Shown here: in pieces, positions 21,596 through 31,877 of the stretch
Numbering within the stretch: the first letter of the stretch is position 1
Layout of the letters: the number at the start of each line of letters is the position of its first letter
Assembly (NCBI GenBank): GCA_963721805.1
Contig: CAVRJY010000001.1
Coordinates: forward strand, 928,001-992,000
Direction: 5' to 3'
Origin: Nitrospirota bacterium
GTDB lineage: Bacteria > Nitrospirota > Thermodesulfovibrionia > Thermodesulfovibrionales > JdFR-86
DNA: 64,000 nt
Notes under the pieces: generated by a model
Database searches by the model: none
Seen by the model: the letters and a program-made list of their open reading frames with translations, nothing else
What the model was told of the DNA's origin: nothing
Program-made: the position numbers and the translations under genes

Positions 21596-23851
21596 CTAAT
21601 GCACCAGGGGGAGGGTCACTTCGACGCTGCATCCCGCGCCTCCGGGGTTGTTGTAGATCGAGACCGATCCCTCGTGGAGGTCTACGATGTGCTTTACGAT
21701 GCTCAGGCCCAGGCCCATGCCGCCGCGCCGCGAGGTGAAAAACGGCTCGAACACCCGGGGGAGTATGTCTTCGGGCACGCCCGTGCCCTCATCCGAGATC
21801 CTCACGAGCGCGCGGTCCTCCGGCGTGCGCGCGACGCTCAGCCTGATGTCCGACGCTTCGCTGCCGTTTTGGACCGCGTTGTCCAGGAGGTTTATCAGCA
21901 CCTGCCCGATCTTGCCGGCGTCACACAGGACGTTCATGCCCTTGGCCCCGTCAGTGATCTCAAACGTCGCGCCGCTGGCCGAGCCCAGGTCCCCGCGCCG
22001 CCACAATATGAACGCCGAGCCGCAGAGCTCGGCCACGGAATGGACCTGCATCCTCGCCTCGTCGACCGGCCGGCCCAGGTCCAGCAGGTCCTTCATGAGC
22101 TTGGAGAGCCGCTCGACCTGCTCGCTCATGTGGTTTATGAAGGGCTTGTACGCGGCCGCCCCGCCGAGCCGCCTGTCAAGGGCCTCGGTTATGCCCATGA
22201 TCGCGTTTAGCGGGTTTCTGACCTCGTGCGCAACGCTCCCCGCGAGGCGTCCGAAGACCTCCATCTTGCGGGCCTCCTCGAGGCTCCTCGTCTGGTGCAG
22301 CAGCTCCATTTGCGCCCGGCCGTGCTCGAGCTTCGTCCATATCGAAGACAGGCCGAGCGAAAGCTCGTCCGCGAAGTCCTCTATAAATCCCTTCTCCATA
22401 TCCCCGAAGGACGGGCCCCCGGCCGGAGAGACCGCCAGTATGCCGTTGAGCACCCCGTTTTTGAGCCAGAGGGGGAGCTTGAGCCAGCCCTCGTCGGGGA
22501 TCACTGACTCCACCAGCTCCCTCGCGGCCGGGAGTTCCATCCCCGAGCAAGCGACTACGTTCATGCGGTCGTCAAGTTCTTCCCCCCTTATGCCGACCCA
22601 TGCCGAGCCGTGGCCGCAGGTGTTCACCATCAGGTCGCAGGCATACTCGCACAGCCCCTTCTCGTCCGCAGCCGAAAGCAGGTAGCGGTTGAGGTTTCCC
22701 ATGGCCGTCAGGTACCTGTTTGAGAGCCTGAGTTCGGCCGTCCGCTCGCTGACCTTCTGTTCGAGGCCGTCGTGGGCCCGCTTGAGCTGCGCGGCAAGCT
22801 CCATGCCCTCCAGGCTCCTCGTGAACTTGCGGGCCACCTCGTCAAGCAGCCTCTGCTCCCCGGCCGAAAACTGCGGCCTGCGCTCGGGCGCCCCGCGATA
22901 GAGCACCTTTATGCGGCCTCGCTTCAGGCCGTTTATCACGAGCTTTGCGCTCATGACGTAGACAGGCCGGGCCGTGGAGCCGGACATATATCCCTCGCCG
23001 TCGATGTCGAGGACGACCGTAACGAAGGCCGGATGCTCGAACGCGTATCTTATGACCTCGACCACCCTGGCGCAGATGCCCTCAAACGGGAGCCTCCGCT
23101 CGCAGACCTCCGAGATCTGGAATATGCAGTTGAGTTCGTTTACGCGCTGCTGCAGCTCTCTTGATTTGCGCCCGAGTTCCCCGGTGGTCCGCTTGTGGCG
23201 AATCGCCTTGGCGTAGATGTCCGCCACGGGCGCGAGGGTCTTGAGGTCCGACGCCCGGTATCCGGCCTTTGAGTCTGCAAGCGCGATCAGCCCGACCTGC
23301 TCACAGCCCAGGAAGACCGGGATCGAGAGCAGGTTCCTCACGTCAGCCCTCGCCTCACCGGTGCTCTGCCACAAGGGATGCTTGGAAGGGGAGTTCGTGT
23401 AAAAGGGCCTGTTGGTGTCCGGCTCGATCCCCCACAGGCACGGCCGGGCGCCGTCGGCGCGCAATGCGTCGTGGCGGCGTTCCGGGAGCGCGGGCATGAC
23501 CGGAGCCCCTACTATCGCGTGGGCCTCGGTCCCGCCGCCATGGTCGTCGAGGACCGAGGCGAAACCGAGCTTGCTGCCCGTGATCGCGAGGCAGTGCTTA
23601 AGCACCAGGGCGCACAGTTCGCGCCAGTCGATCATGTCTTTAAGCAGCAGGGAGGATATCTCCCCGACGGCCGCCTGGACCGCCTTGCGCCTGCCGCGCG
23701 GCGAGGGTTTCCCGCCCCCGCGCGCCTGCCTGCCTCCGAGCCGGCCTTCTCCCGGCATGGCCGGTGCGGCCGCCCCGGGCCGGGGTGCGACGAAATCCGA
23801 CTCCGCGGGTACGGGCTTCAGGCCGGCATGTTCGATGCTGCTATACGGCAT
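21596..23851 (-). CDS. GAF-containing sensor histidine kinase
   Basis: VAHEVRNPL H-box, NLLDNA, DEGTG, FEPFFT and GMGLGL boxes; start codon uncertain. Confidence 0.9.
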   Translation of the reverse strand: MPYSSIEHAGLKPVPAESDFVAPRPGAAAPAMPGEGRLGGRQARGGGKPSPRGRRKAVQAAVGEISSLLLKDMIDWRELCALVLKHCLAITGSKLGFASVLDDHGGGTEAHAIVGAPVMPALPERRHDALRADGARPCLWGIEPDTNRPFYTNSPSKHPLWQSTGEARADVRNLLSIPVFLGCEQVGLIALADSKAGYRASDLKTLAPVADIYAKAIRHKRTTGELGRKSRELQQRVNELNCIFQISEVCERRLPFEGICARVVEVIRYAFEHPAFVTVVLDIDGEGYMSGSTARPVYVMSAKLVINGLKRGRIKVLYRGAPERRPQFSAGEQRLLDEVARKFTRSLEGMELAAQLKRAHDGLEQKVSERTAELRLSNRYLTAMGNLNRYLLSAADEKGLCEYACDLMVNTCGHGSAWVGIRGEELDDRMNVVACSGMELPAARELVESVIPDEGWLKLPLWLKNGVLNGILAVSPAGGPSFGDMEKGFIEDFADELSLGLSSIWTKLEHGRAQMELLHQTRSLEEARKMEVFGRLAGSVAHEVRNPLNAIMGITEALDRRLGGAAAYKPFINHMSEQVERLSKLMKDLLDLGRPVDEARMQVHSVAELCGSAFILWRRGDLGSASGATFEITDGAKGMNVLCDAGKIGQVLINLLDNAVQNGSEASDIRLSVARTPEDRALVRISDEGTGVPEDILPRVFEPFFTSRRGGMGLGLSIVKHIVDLHEGSVSIYNNPGGAGCSVEVTLPLVH

Positions 23852-26800
23852 CGGCGCCGCCTGCCTTGCCGAAGTCCGCCATAAAACGCTCTGCCGCTTT
23901 GGCCTCGAGCGGGGGCGAGAAGAAATACCCCTGGATATACCGGCAGCCGAGCGACTTCAGCACGTCGAGCTGCTCTCTGCCCTCCACGCCCTCGATTACG
24001 ACGTGCTTGTCGATGCTCCAGGCCAGCGAGGTGACGGCCCTGACGATCTCGCGCGCGTCCCTGTCCTCGCAGATGTTCCTCACGAAGCTCTTGTCGATCT
24101 TCAGCGCCTTGACGCGGAACTTGTGCAGGTAATTGAGCGAGGAGTAGCCGGTGCCGAAATCGTCGAGGTACAGCTCGACGCCGAGCTGATGGAGCCTGTC
24201 TATGACGGTCGAGGCTATGTCGATGTTCTCCATGATGATCGTCTCGGTGATCTCGAGCTTGAGCGCTGAGGGGTCCACGCCGGTCTCGGAGATTACGCCC
24301 GCGACGACCTCTGGCAGCTCGACCGTGAACTGCCTCGACGAGAGGTTGACGTTCATCTCAAGCTGAGGGCCGGAGGGATACATCGTCCTCCATTTGGTAA
24401 TCCGGGCGGCGGCCTCGCGGAGCACCCATCTGCCGATCTGCATGATGAGGCCGGTCTCCTCGGCCGCTGGTATGAACTGCATCGGCTGGACCATCCCGCG
24501 AAGGGGGTGCCGCCACCTCACCAGAGCCTCGAACCCCTTGACGCGGTTTTCGGATATGTCTATGATGGGCTGGTAATAAAGCTCGAACTCCTTTGAGGTC
24601 AGGGCCTTCCGGAGGTCGTTTTCGAGGCTCACGGACTCCACTGCGCTTTGGTGCATCTTGGCGTCGAAGACCGCGTAGCAGGCCCTGCCGTTGGACTTCG
24701 CGTGGTACATCGCGGTATCGGCGTCGCGGATGAGCTCCTCGGCGCTCGGGCCCCCGCCGCCGCTCACCGCGATGCCTATGCTGGCCGAGGTGTAGATATC
24801 GTTTTCCCCTATCTTAAACGGACGCCTGAAGAGCCTGAGCACCCGCGAGGCTATGGCCCGGGCCTCGGCCTCGTCCGTGGTCTCGTCGATGAGCACCGCG
24901 AACTCGTCGCCGCCGAAGCGGGCCACCGTGTCCGTGGGCCTGACGCAGCCTTCGATGCTCCTGGAGACCTCGACCAGGAGGCCGTCGCCCGCGAGGTGCC
25001 CCAGGCTGTCGTTGATCTTCTGGAAGTAGTCGAGGTCCGCGAAGAGCACCGCAAAGGGCGCATCGGACAGCCCCCGCCGCTCGATGAGGCGCATCCTCAG
25101 GCGGTCCATGAACAGGACCTTGTTAGGCAGGCCGGTCAGCGGGTCGTATAGAGCGCGCCGCTCTAGCTGCTCGGACAGCATCTTCTGGTCCGTGATGTCG
25201 ATGGCGAACCCCACCGTGCCCATGGGCTCGCCGGCGGCGTCCCTCAGCAGCGTGCTTACCATGTGGGCCGGAAACGGCGTGCCGTCCCTCCTTATGTGCC
25301 AGATCTCGCCGCTGTAGTGGCCGTATTGTTTGACCAGATCCAGAAACGGCATCACCTCGCGCTTAAGCTGGTCTTCGTTGTGGAAGATGCGCAGGTGCCT
25401 CCCGATTATCTCCTCGGGGAGATAGCCGTGCATGTCCGCCCATGCCTTGTTGGCATAGGACATGACCCCGTCGAGGTTCGCCATCGCGATCCCCTCGGCG
25501 GCCTGTTCGGTTATCGTAGCGAGGCTCCGGAGCTTGTCCTCGGCGAGCCTGCGCTCGGTGACGTCCGATACCAGGCCGTCATAGGACGTGAGCGCGCCCC
25601 CTTCGTCATAGTGCGGGACGATGGTATTGCGCACCCAGCGCACAGCGCCGTCTTTGCGCACGATGCGGTGCTCCAGGCTCAGCTCTCCGCGGCCTGACGT
25701 TATGCCCTCGATGTGGCTGAGCACGGAGCCCTTGTCCTCGCCGTGCACCATCTCGTACCAGAGGGCCGGGTTTTGCAGGTATTCCTCGGGGGTATACCCC
25801 GTCACCGAGAGGCAGCCCGGGCTGTGCGTGGTGGGGACGGGCGCGCTGGCGCTGATGCTGACGTTGTATATGTAGTCGGTCACGGAATCGACGAGCAGTT
25901 TGTACCTCTCCCTGCTGTGCATGAGCGCCAGTTCGGCCAGCTTGTGTCCGGTTATGTCGCGGTTCGAGCCGCTTCTGCCGAGGAACTCGCCCTGCTCGCC
26001 GTGGACCGCCTGGCAGACGTGGCTCAGCCATCGCACCGAGCCGTCAGGCCTGACCACCCTGAACTCGATGCTCAGCTGGGATTCGGCCGCGAACATGTGG
26101 CGGCGGAATTGTTCCAGGTCATCGGGGTGGATGATCCGGTAGAGGAGCTCACGGTCTTCGAGGAATTCCCTGCTCGAGTGTCCGGTGATCCTCTCGCACG
26201 AGGGCGAGTTGAAGACGAACTCCCCGGACGGCTCGCGCCAGAAGACCCAGTCGCACATGCTCTCGGTGATGATCCGGTACTTGCGCTCCGACGCGCTGAG
26301 CGCATCCTCGGCCGCCTTCTGGTCGGTGATGTCCACCCCTGAGCCGAGGACTTGGGAGACGCTGCCGTCAGGGCCGCGAAGCGGCCTGTTGCGCCAGGCA
26401 ATGAGCCTGTGCCTGCCGGTCCGCGTGCGGACCTGGTTGACGTAACGCGATGCGGGCTGGTGAGGGTTTTCCATTACGCCCTTAAACACCTTCAAGACAT
26501 CGCTGCGCACGGCGTCGGGCAGGAACTCACCGAACCAGTCCGCGCCTGTGACGTCCTCGTCGCCGAGATCGAGGACCTCGCGGCCGCAGCGGTTCAGGGC
26601 CTTGATCCTGCCGTCGGTTTCGAGCACGAGCATGATCACGCTGGCGTTCTCGAAATAAGCGTGTGCGGCGTCACGCTCTTTCTGGAGCTGCGAGAGGATG
26701 CTCATCCTCTCGGTCGTCTCGATGAACGAGGCCATCAGGCATGCGGGACCGGAGTCCCCCTCAGGTATGATTGCGGCCGAGATATGCACCCAAAAGCGCG

Positions 26801-27170
26801 AGCCGTCGCTCCTGCGTGCCGGCCTCTCGCCCGAAAACCTCCCCTCCCGGATCGTCGTGTCTATTGACCCCAGGTCGATTTCGGGTTCAAACATGAACTC
26901 AGCCGCGTGCCTGCCGATAATCTCCTCCGCATCGGAGTAGCCCCACATCGTAACGAAGGCGCGGTTGGCGTAGATGAGCCTGCCGTTGAGATCGGCCATG
27001 GCTACGGCGTTTTGGGAGTTTTCGAGCGCATGGGACTGGAGCGACTGGAACCACGCGTCAGCATGGCGGCGCAGCGCTGTGCCGGCTGGCCCGCCGCTTG
27101 ATTCATACGGCTGGCCGGGATCGAATTCCCCGCCTCCGGAGAGTGAAGGCGCGTCGTTGCCGTATGGCAT
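23841..27170 (-). CDS. Multi-PAS diguanylate cyclase/phosphodiesterase (GGDEF-EAL)
   Basis: About five PAS/PAC modules; intact ARFGGDEF, FEALVRW and DDFGTGYSS motifs. Confidence 0.95.
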   Translation of the reverse strand: MPYGNDAPSLSGGGEFDPGQPYESSGGPAGTALRRHADAWFQSLQSHALENSQNAVAMADLNGRLIYANRAFVTMWGYSDAEEIIGRHAAEFMFEPEIDLGSIDTTIREGRFSGERPARRSDGSRFWVHISAAIIPEGDSGPACLMASFIETTERMSILSQLQKERDAAHAYFENASVIMLVLETDGRIKALNRCGREVLDLGDEDVTGADWFGEFLPDAVRSDVLKVFKGVMENPHQPASRYVNQVRTRTGRHRLIAWRNRPLRGPDGSVSQVLGSGVDITDQKAAEDALSASERKYRIITESMCDWVFWREPSGEFVFNSPSCERITGHSSREFLEDRELLYRIIHPDDLEQFRRHMFAAESQLSIEFRVVRPDGSVRWLSHVCQAVHGEQGEFLGRSGSNRDITGHKLAELALMHSRERYKLLVDSVTDYIYNVSISASAPVPTTHSPGCLSVTGYTPEEYLQNPALWYEMVHGEDKGSVLSHIEGITSGRGELSLEHRIVRKDGAVRWVRNTIVPHYDEGGALTSYDGLVSDVTERRLAEDKLRSLATITEQAAEGIAMANLDGVMSYANKAWADMHGYLPEEIIGRHLRIFHNEDQLKREVMPFLDLVKQYGHYSGEIWHIRRDGTPFPAHMVSTLLRDAAGEPMGTVGFAIDITDQKMLSEQLERRALYDPLTGLPNKVLFMDRLRMRLIERRGLSDAPFAVLFADLDYFQKINDSLGHLAGDGLLVEVSRSIEGCVRPTDTVARFGGDEFAVLIDETTDEAEARAIASRVLRLFRRPFKIGENDIYTSASIGIAVSGGGGPSAEELIRDADTAMYHAKSNGRACYAVFDAKMHQSAVESVSLENDLRKALTSKEFELYYQPIIDISENRVKGFEALVRWRHPLRGMVQPMQFIPAAEETGLIMQIGRWVLREAAARITKWRTMYPSGPQLEMNVNLSSRQFTVELPEVVAGVISETGVDPSALKLEITETIIMENIDIASTVIDRLHQLGVELYLDDFGTGYSSLNYLHKFRVKALKIDKSFVRNICEDRDAREIVRAVTSLAWSIDKHVVIEGVEGREQLDVLKSLGCRYIQGYFFSPPLEAKAAERFMADFGKAGGADAV

Positions 27171-27293
27171 ATTAAATTTGTACCCCCTAAGGTATATATT
27201 TATCACAATTTGAGTTTTCGGGCAATGCCGATTGCGTCAAACGGGGTGTGATGACTGTATGAGACTGCATTATCGGATTAGGTGCGGATGATG

Positions 27294-27326
27294 AAAAAGT
27301 CCGGGGGGCTTATTAGGGCCCCCCGG
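27294..27326 (-). terminator. Rho-independent terminator
   Basis: CCGGGGGGC...GCCCCCCGG stem followed by a T-run on the minus strand, downstream of the small membrane protein gene. Confidence 0.7.
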
Positions 27327-27368
27327 TCGGTTTAGTTTGCTTGATTATGGTTTATAGGCCGTGCCGGT

Positions 27369-27695
27369 TTACCGCGTCCCGGCGTGCTCGGCCTCGCTCG
27401 ATGAGGAGGCTGCCCTCACTGCCGCGTCGACTACCGCACCCGCCGCCCAGCCGGCCATCGCGGAGCCTATCGTGAACATCAGGGCCGCGCCCAGCATCCC
27501 GCCCAGCATCGAGACCGCGAGGAATACGCTCGCGAGTATCCCTGCATGCAGCGGCCCGCCGGTTACGAGGGTTGCGATCTTAAGCCCTATGGCCCCGCCC
27601 GCAAGCGAGCCGCCCAGTATCCCTACCAGTACGAACAGCACGATCCCGATTCCCGTCCCGATGTAAGTCCCCTTCTTCGCATAGTTCGTGTTCAT
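27369..27695 (-). CDS. Small Gly-rich membrane protein of unknown function
   Basis: MNTNYAKKGTYIGTGIGIVLFVLVGILGGSLAGG...; purine-rich RBS, promoter and terminator all present. Confidence 0.75.
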   Translation of the reverse strand: MNTNYAKKGTYIGTGIGIVLFVLVGILGGSLAGGAIGLKIATLVTGGPLHAGILASVFLAVSMLGGMLGAALMFTIGSAMAGWAAGAVVDAAVRAASSSSEAEHAGTR

Positions 27696-27745
27696 CTGTC
27701 TACCCCTTTCGTTTGTCTCGTTTTTTGTGCTCATGCCATCATCAA

Positions 27746-27761
27746 TGCACCTTCCGTGCCA
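27746..27761 (-). promoter_or_regulatory. Sigma54 (-24/-12) promoter
   Basis: Minus strand reads TGGCACGGAAGGTGCA (GG-N10-GC); palindrome TTCGCA-acgc-TGCGAA at 27835-27850 is a candidate enhancer. Confidence 0.7.
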
Positions 27762-27914
27762 GCTTGCAGTTTCCATATTTATCAATGGGTTATCGGTTGC
27801 AGGCGATAAAGCCATTGCAGATCGGCAAAAACTATTCGCAACGCTGCGAAGAATTGCCGGATCTCAGCGGCAGGCGTGCCAATCAGACCGGTCCGGTCGG
27901 CTATAATCATACTG

Positions 27915-30365
27915 ATGCATACATATCCCATAGACGAGGCGCTGCCGGAACTCATAAGAGAATTCGGCCACGCACGCGCGGCGGTGCTCCATGCCCCGCC
28001 CGGCGCCGGAAAGACCACGCGCGTACCGCTGGCGCTGATGGATATGCCTGGACGCATTGTAATGTTAGAGCCCCGGAGGCTCGCCGCGACGAACGCGGCG
28101 CGCTGGATGGCCGCGTCGCTCGGCGAGCAGGCCGGGGAGACCGTGGGCTATACGATCAGGTTCGAGCGACGCGTATCGGAACGCACGCGCATAGAGATAG
28201 TCACAGAGGGGATACTTACGAGGCGGATGCAGTCGGACCCCGCGCTCGAGGGCGTCTCGGTCGTGATATTCGACGAGTTCCACGAACGCGGCCTGAACAC
28301 CGACCTCGGCCTCGCGCTCTGCCTCGATATCCGGCGCAACCTGCGCCCTGAGCTCGGCATACTCGTGATGTCAGCAACGCTCGATTGCGGCCCGGTCGCG
28401 GAGCTCCTTGGAGGCGCGCCTGTGATCACCTCTGAAGGCCGGGCGTATGCGGTCGAGGAGCGCTATATCACGGAGCGGCCCGATCAGCGCGGGCGGCAGC
28501 TATCGGCGCGCGTGGCCGATGCGGTGAGGATAGCTATTAAGGAGACGACGGGCGATATCCTCGTGTTCCTGCCCGGCGCGGCCGATATACGCGCGGCCGC
28601 GCGCGAGCTAGGTAACATAAACGATATCGCGGTACATCAGTTATATGGCGAGATGCCGTTTGAGGCCCAGGAGCGTGCGATCATGCCCTCGGAGATGCGG
28701 CGCGTCGTGCTCGCAACCAACATCGCAGAGACGAGCCTGACGATCGAGGGCGTAAGAGTCGTTATTGATACGGGCCTCGAGCGCAGGATGCGTCACGACC
28801 CTTCAAGCGGGCTAAGCAGGCTCGTGACGGCCGGGATCTCGCGCGCATCGGCCGTGCAACGAGCAGGCCGCGCCGGGAGGCTCGGGCCGGGCGTATGCTA
28901 CAGGCTATACGGACGCAACGTGTTTGACGGGATGGTGCCCCACTCGCCGCCTGAGATCACGACCGCCGACCTCTCGGGGCTCTGCCTGGAGCTTGCGGCG
29001 TGGGGAGTGCATGACCCTTCAGGGCTTCGGTGGCTCGATGCGCCGCCAGAGGCCTCATGGAAGGCCGCGCGTGAGTTGCTGATCGACCTTGGCGCGATAG
29101 ACGCTGCCGGCGCGCCGACTAAGTACGGCAGGGCGATGGCGAGGCTCCCGCTGCACCCCCGGCTCGCGCGCATGCTCGTCAGGGCCGGTGAGCTCGGGAT
29201 TACACGTCTGGGGGCAGACCTCGCGGCGCTGCTAAGTGAGCGCGACATCCTGCGCGTTGAGGCGGATATATCGACGAGGCTCGACGCCCTGAGGCGGGGC
29301 GCGGGGGATGAGGCCGCTGTTCGGGCGGTTAAACGCGCCGCGGCCCAGATAGCGTCGATCGTCGGGGCAGAGGGCGGGACGCAGTTACCCCCGTATGACC
29401 ATGCTGACATTGCGAGGCTGCTACTCGATGCATTCCCGGACCGTCTCGGTGCGGGGCAGGGCGGGGGCCGTTTCGTGCTTACCGGAGGCATGGGCGTGAA
29501 GATGCCCGAGACAAGCCCTCTTGCGCGTGAGCCCTATATCGTAGCGGTCAACCTCGATGCCGGAGGCGCTGGCGACGGCAGGGTGCACATGGCCGAGGCC
29601 GTGGACGAGGCGCTCATACTCGATGAGCTATGGGCGCGGATAGAGCGTCCGAGGCGGCTGGAGTGGGACAGGCGCGAGGGCAGGATCGCCGCGTTTAAAG
29701 AGGAACGCATCGGCGCGGTCGTGCTCTCGTCGGTGCGCTTCACACCCGATGACGACGAGGCCGCACCGATACTGGACGAGGCCGTGCGGCTCGATCACGA
29801 TCTGATAAAATTCAGCGATTCCGCCCGGCAGCTGCAGGGCCGTGTTGCTATGCTCAGGCGGCTGTTTCCGGAGTCCGACTGGCCCGATCTCTCTGACAGC
29901 GCGCTGTTTGCCGAACCGCTTAAGTGGCTTGGGCAATGGGTTTCGGGCGTGCGCACCGCAGCCGGGCTTCGCGGCCTTAACATGCACGAGGTACTGCTAG
30001 GGCTGCTCGCGTGGGAGCAGCGCCGTGAGCTGGATAGGCTTGCGCCCACGCATATCGCGGTGCCGAGCGGCCGGAGCCACGCCCTCGATTACGCATCGGG
30101 CGATACCCCTGTTCTGAGCGTGAAGCTCCAGGAGATGTTCGGGCTCGCGGATACGCCTACAGTGGCCGCGGGGATCGTGAAGGTGCTGCTCTACCTGCTC
30201 TCTCCGGCCAACCGTCCGGTGCAGATAACGACCGACTTGAAGGGGTTTTGGGATACCAGCTACGAGATGGTGAAGAAGGACCTGCGGGGCCGCTACCCGA
30301 AGCACCCCTGGCCGGACGACCCGTGGGGCGCCGCGCCTACCGCGCGGACGAAGCGCAAGCCCTAG
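27915..30365 (+). CDS. hrpB: ATP-dependent helicase HrpB
   Basis: APPGAGKTT, DEFHER, MSAT, ATNIAETSLTI, QRAGRAGR and C-terminal RGRYPKHPWPDDP. Confidence 0.96.
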   Translation: MHTYPIDEALPELIREFGHARAAVLHAPPGAGKTTRVPLALMDMPGRIVMLEPRRLAATNAARWMAASLGEQAGETVGYTIRFERRVSERTRIEIVTEGILTRRMQSDPALEGVSVVIFDEFHERGLNTDLGLALCLDIRRNLRPELGILVMSATLDCGPVAELLGGAPVITSEGRAYAVEERYITERPDQRGRQLSARVADAVRIAIKETTGDILVFLPGAADIRAAARELGNINDIAVHQLYGEMPFEAQERAIMPSEMRRVVLATNIAETSLTIEGVRVVIDTGLERRMRHDPSSGLSRLVTAGISRASAVQRAGRAGRLGPGVCYRLYGRNVFDGMVPHSPPEITTADLSGLCLELAAWGVHDPSGLRWLDAPPEASWKAARELLIDLGAIDAAGAPTKYGRAMARLPLHPRLARMLVRAGELGITRLGADLAALLSERDILRVEADISTRLDALRRGAGDEAAVRAVKRAAAQIASIVGAEGGTQLPPYDHADIARLLLDAFPDRLGAGQGGGRFVLTGGMGVKMPETSPLAREPYIVAVNLDAGGAGDGRVHMAEAVDEALILDELWARIERPRRLEWDRREGRIAAFKEERIGAVVLSSVRFTPDDDEAAPILDEAVRLDHDLIKFSDSARQLQGRVAMLRRLFPESDWPDLSDSALFAEPLKWLGQWVSGVRTAAGLRGLNMHEVLLGLLAWEQRRELDRLAPTHIAVPSGRSHALDYASGDTPVLSVKLQEMFGLADTPTVAAGIVKVLLYLLSPANRPVQITTDLKGFWDTSYEMVKKDLRGRYPKHPWPDDPWGAAPTARTKRKP

Positions 30366-31132
30366 GGTATCTTCAGCCCGTCGAGGATCCCGAAGACCGC
30401 GCTTACGGCCGCAGAGTCCTCCGGGAGGTCGAACACTGCCTTGCCCTTTAGATCATACTCGAATATCTGCTGGTCCTGCGGCACGATGCCCGTGACTTGC
30501 AGCCCCTTGCTCTCGGTGTATGCGATGAGCTCCGGTGTCTCGCCTCCGGCCACGCGGTTGATGATGACCGCGCGCTGCTTGACGTCCAAGGCCAGCTCGT
30601 CCACCAGCGCATTAATGCGCGCCGCGGTCTGAAGCCCGCGCGTCGTGGGGTCGCTGACTATCAGCAATAAATCGACCGCGTGGGTCGTGCGCCTCGATAG
30701 GTGCTCCATCCCGGCCTCGTTGTCGATGACCACGTAGGCGTATTTCTCTGAGAGTATGTCCGTGTACTTGCGGATGATGTTGTTGGCCCCGCAGTAGCAG
30801 CCCGGCCCCTCGGGCCGCCCCATCACCATGAGGTCAAACCCGCTGGCCTCGACCAGGGATTGCTGCACCTGATAGTCGAAGAGCTGCTCCATGCTCATCC
30901 CGCCGGGGCGCTCGCCGCCTCCGCGCACGGCCTGCATCGAGACCTCTCTAAGCCCGCCTATCGTGGCATGCACCTCTAGGCCGAGCGCCTCGTTCAGGCA
31001 GGCGTTAGAGTCCGCGTCGACCGCGAGCACGGGCCCGCGCTTTCTGTTGACGAGATACCGCACCGCGAGCGCCGATATGCTTGTCTTTCCGGTGCCGCCC
31101 TTTCCGGCCAATGCTACGACGTATGCGGACAT
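30362..31132 (-). CDS. cooC: CooC/AcsF-type nickel-insertion ATPase
   Basis: GKGGTGKT, GPGCYC (CxC) and DNEAGMEHLSR motifs. Confidence 0.85.
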   Translation of the reverse strand: MSAYVVALAGKGGTGKTSISALAVRYLVNRKRGPVLAVDADSNACLNEALGLEVHATIGGLREVSMQAVRGGGERPGGMSMEQLFDYQVQQSLVEASGFDLMVMGRPEGPGCYCGANNIIRKYTDILSEKYAYVVIDNEAGMEHLSRRTTHAVDLLLIVSDPTTRGLQTAARINALVDELALDVKQRAVIINRVAGGETPELIAYTESKGLQVTGIVPQDQQIFEYDLKGKAVFDLPEDSAAVSAVFGILDGLKIP

Positions 31133-31133
31133 C

Positions 31134-31877
31134 TTATTTCTTGACCTCTTTCTTAACTCCGTAACGCTTGCGCACCTCCGCGACCTTGCCGCACGAGTAT
31201 TCGCCCTCTGGGCATGGGTGATATAGGCATCCCGGCCCTGCGTGCTCGAAGATCACCGGAGCGGCCTTCTTTGCGAGGGCGAGCATGCGCTCGGCCATCG
31301 CGCGGATCTCCCACTGGGCGCGGTTGCAGCAGCGCTGGTGGAAGAAGTGCAGGAGTTCGCGCGCGTTCATCGTGACGATGATCTTGGTCTCGGCCGCGTT
31401 AGGGAGCGCGAAACGCGCGTCCTGATTGGCGGCCTCGCCCTTTATCCCGGCCTCGTTAAGCCCGGTCACGAGTGCGTTATACGCCTCTTGCGCCGAGGCC
31501 ATATTAGCGTGGAAGAGCTTTAGGAGCTTCTTGTCGGCCTTTATAGTAGGGGGCACGATATAGTCGAAGCCCTCGGACTCGTTGACGTAGCGCTGCGACT
31601 GCTGGGAGTATGACGCGAGGCGGTGGCGCACGAGCTGGTGCGAGCAAGCGCGAGAGATGCCCTCTATAGCGAAGGTGAACGAGGCGTGCTCTATCGGGCT
31701 TTGGTGGCCCATGCGCATCAGGCGGCGGACGAACTCGTGCTGGTCCTTGGCCGCGATCTTGCCGTTGAGTGTCTCGATATCGGTGGGGCTGTAGCAGAGC
31801 TTCGCGGCCATTGCCACGGTGCCCTCGGGCTCTGGCGTGTGGCGAAGCAATAAGACTTTTAACTTTGCCTCTTTCAT
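31134..31877 (-). CDS. thyX: FAD-dependent thymidylate synthase
   Basis: [26 protein letters not shown] and AQWEIR motifs. Confidence 0.96.
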   Translation of the reverse strand: MKEAKLKVLLLRHTPEPEGTVAMAAKLCYSPTDIETLNGKIAAKDQHEFVRRLMRMGHQSPIEHASFTFAIEGISRACSHQLVRHRLASYSQQSQRYVNESEGFDYIVPPTIKADKKLLKLFHANMASAQEAYNALVTGLNEAGIKGEAANQDARFALPNAAETKIIVTMNARELLHFFHQRCCNRAQWEIRAMAERMLALAKKAAPVIFEHAGPGCLYHPCPEGEYSCGKVAEVRKRYGVKKEVKK

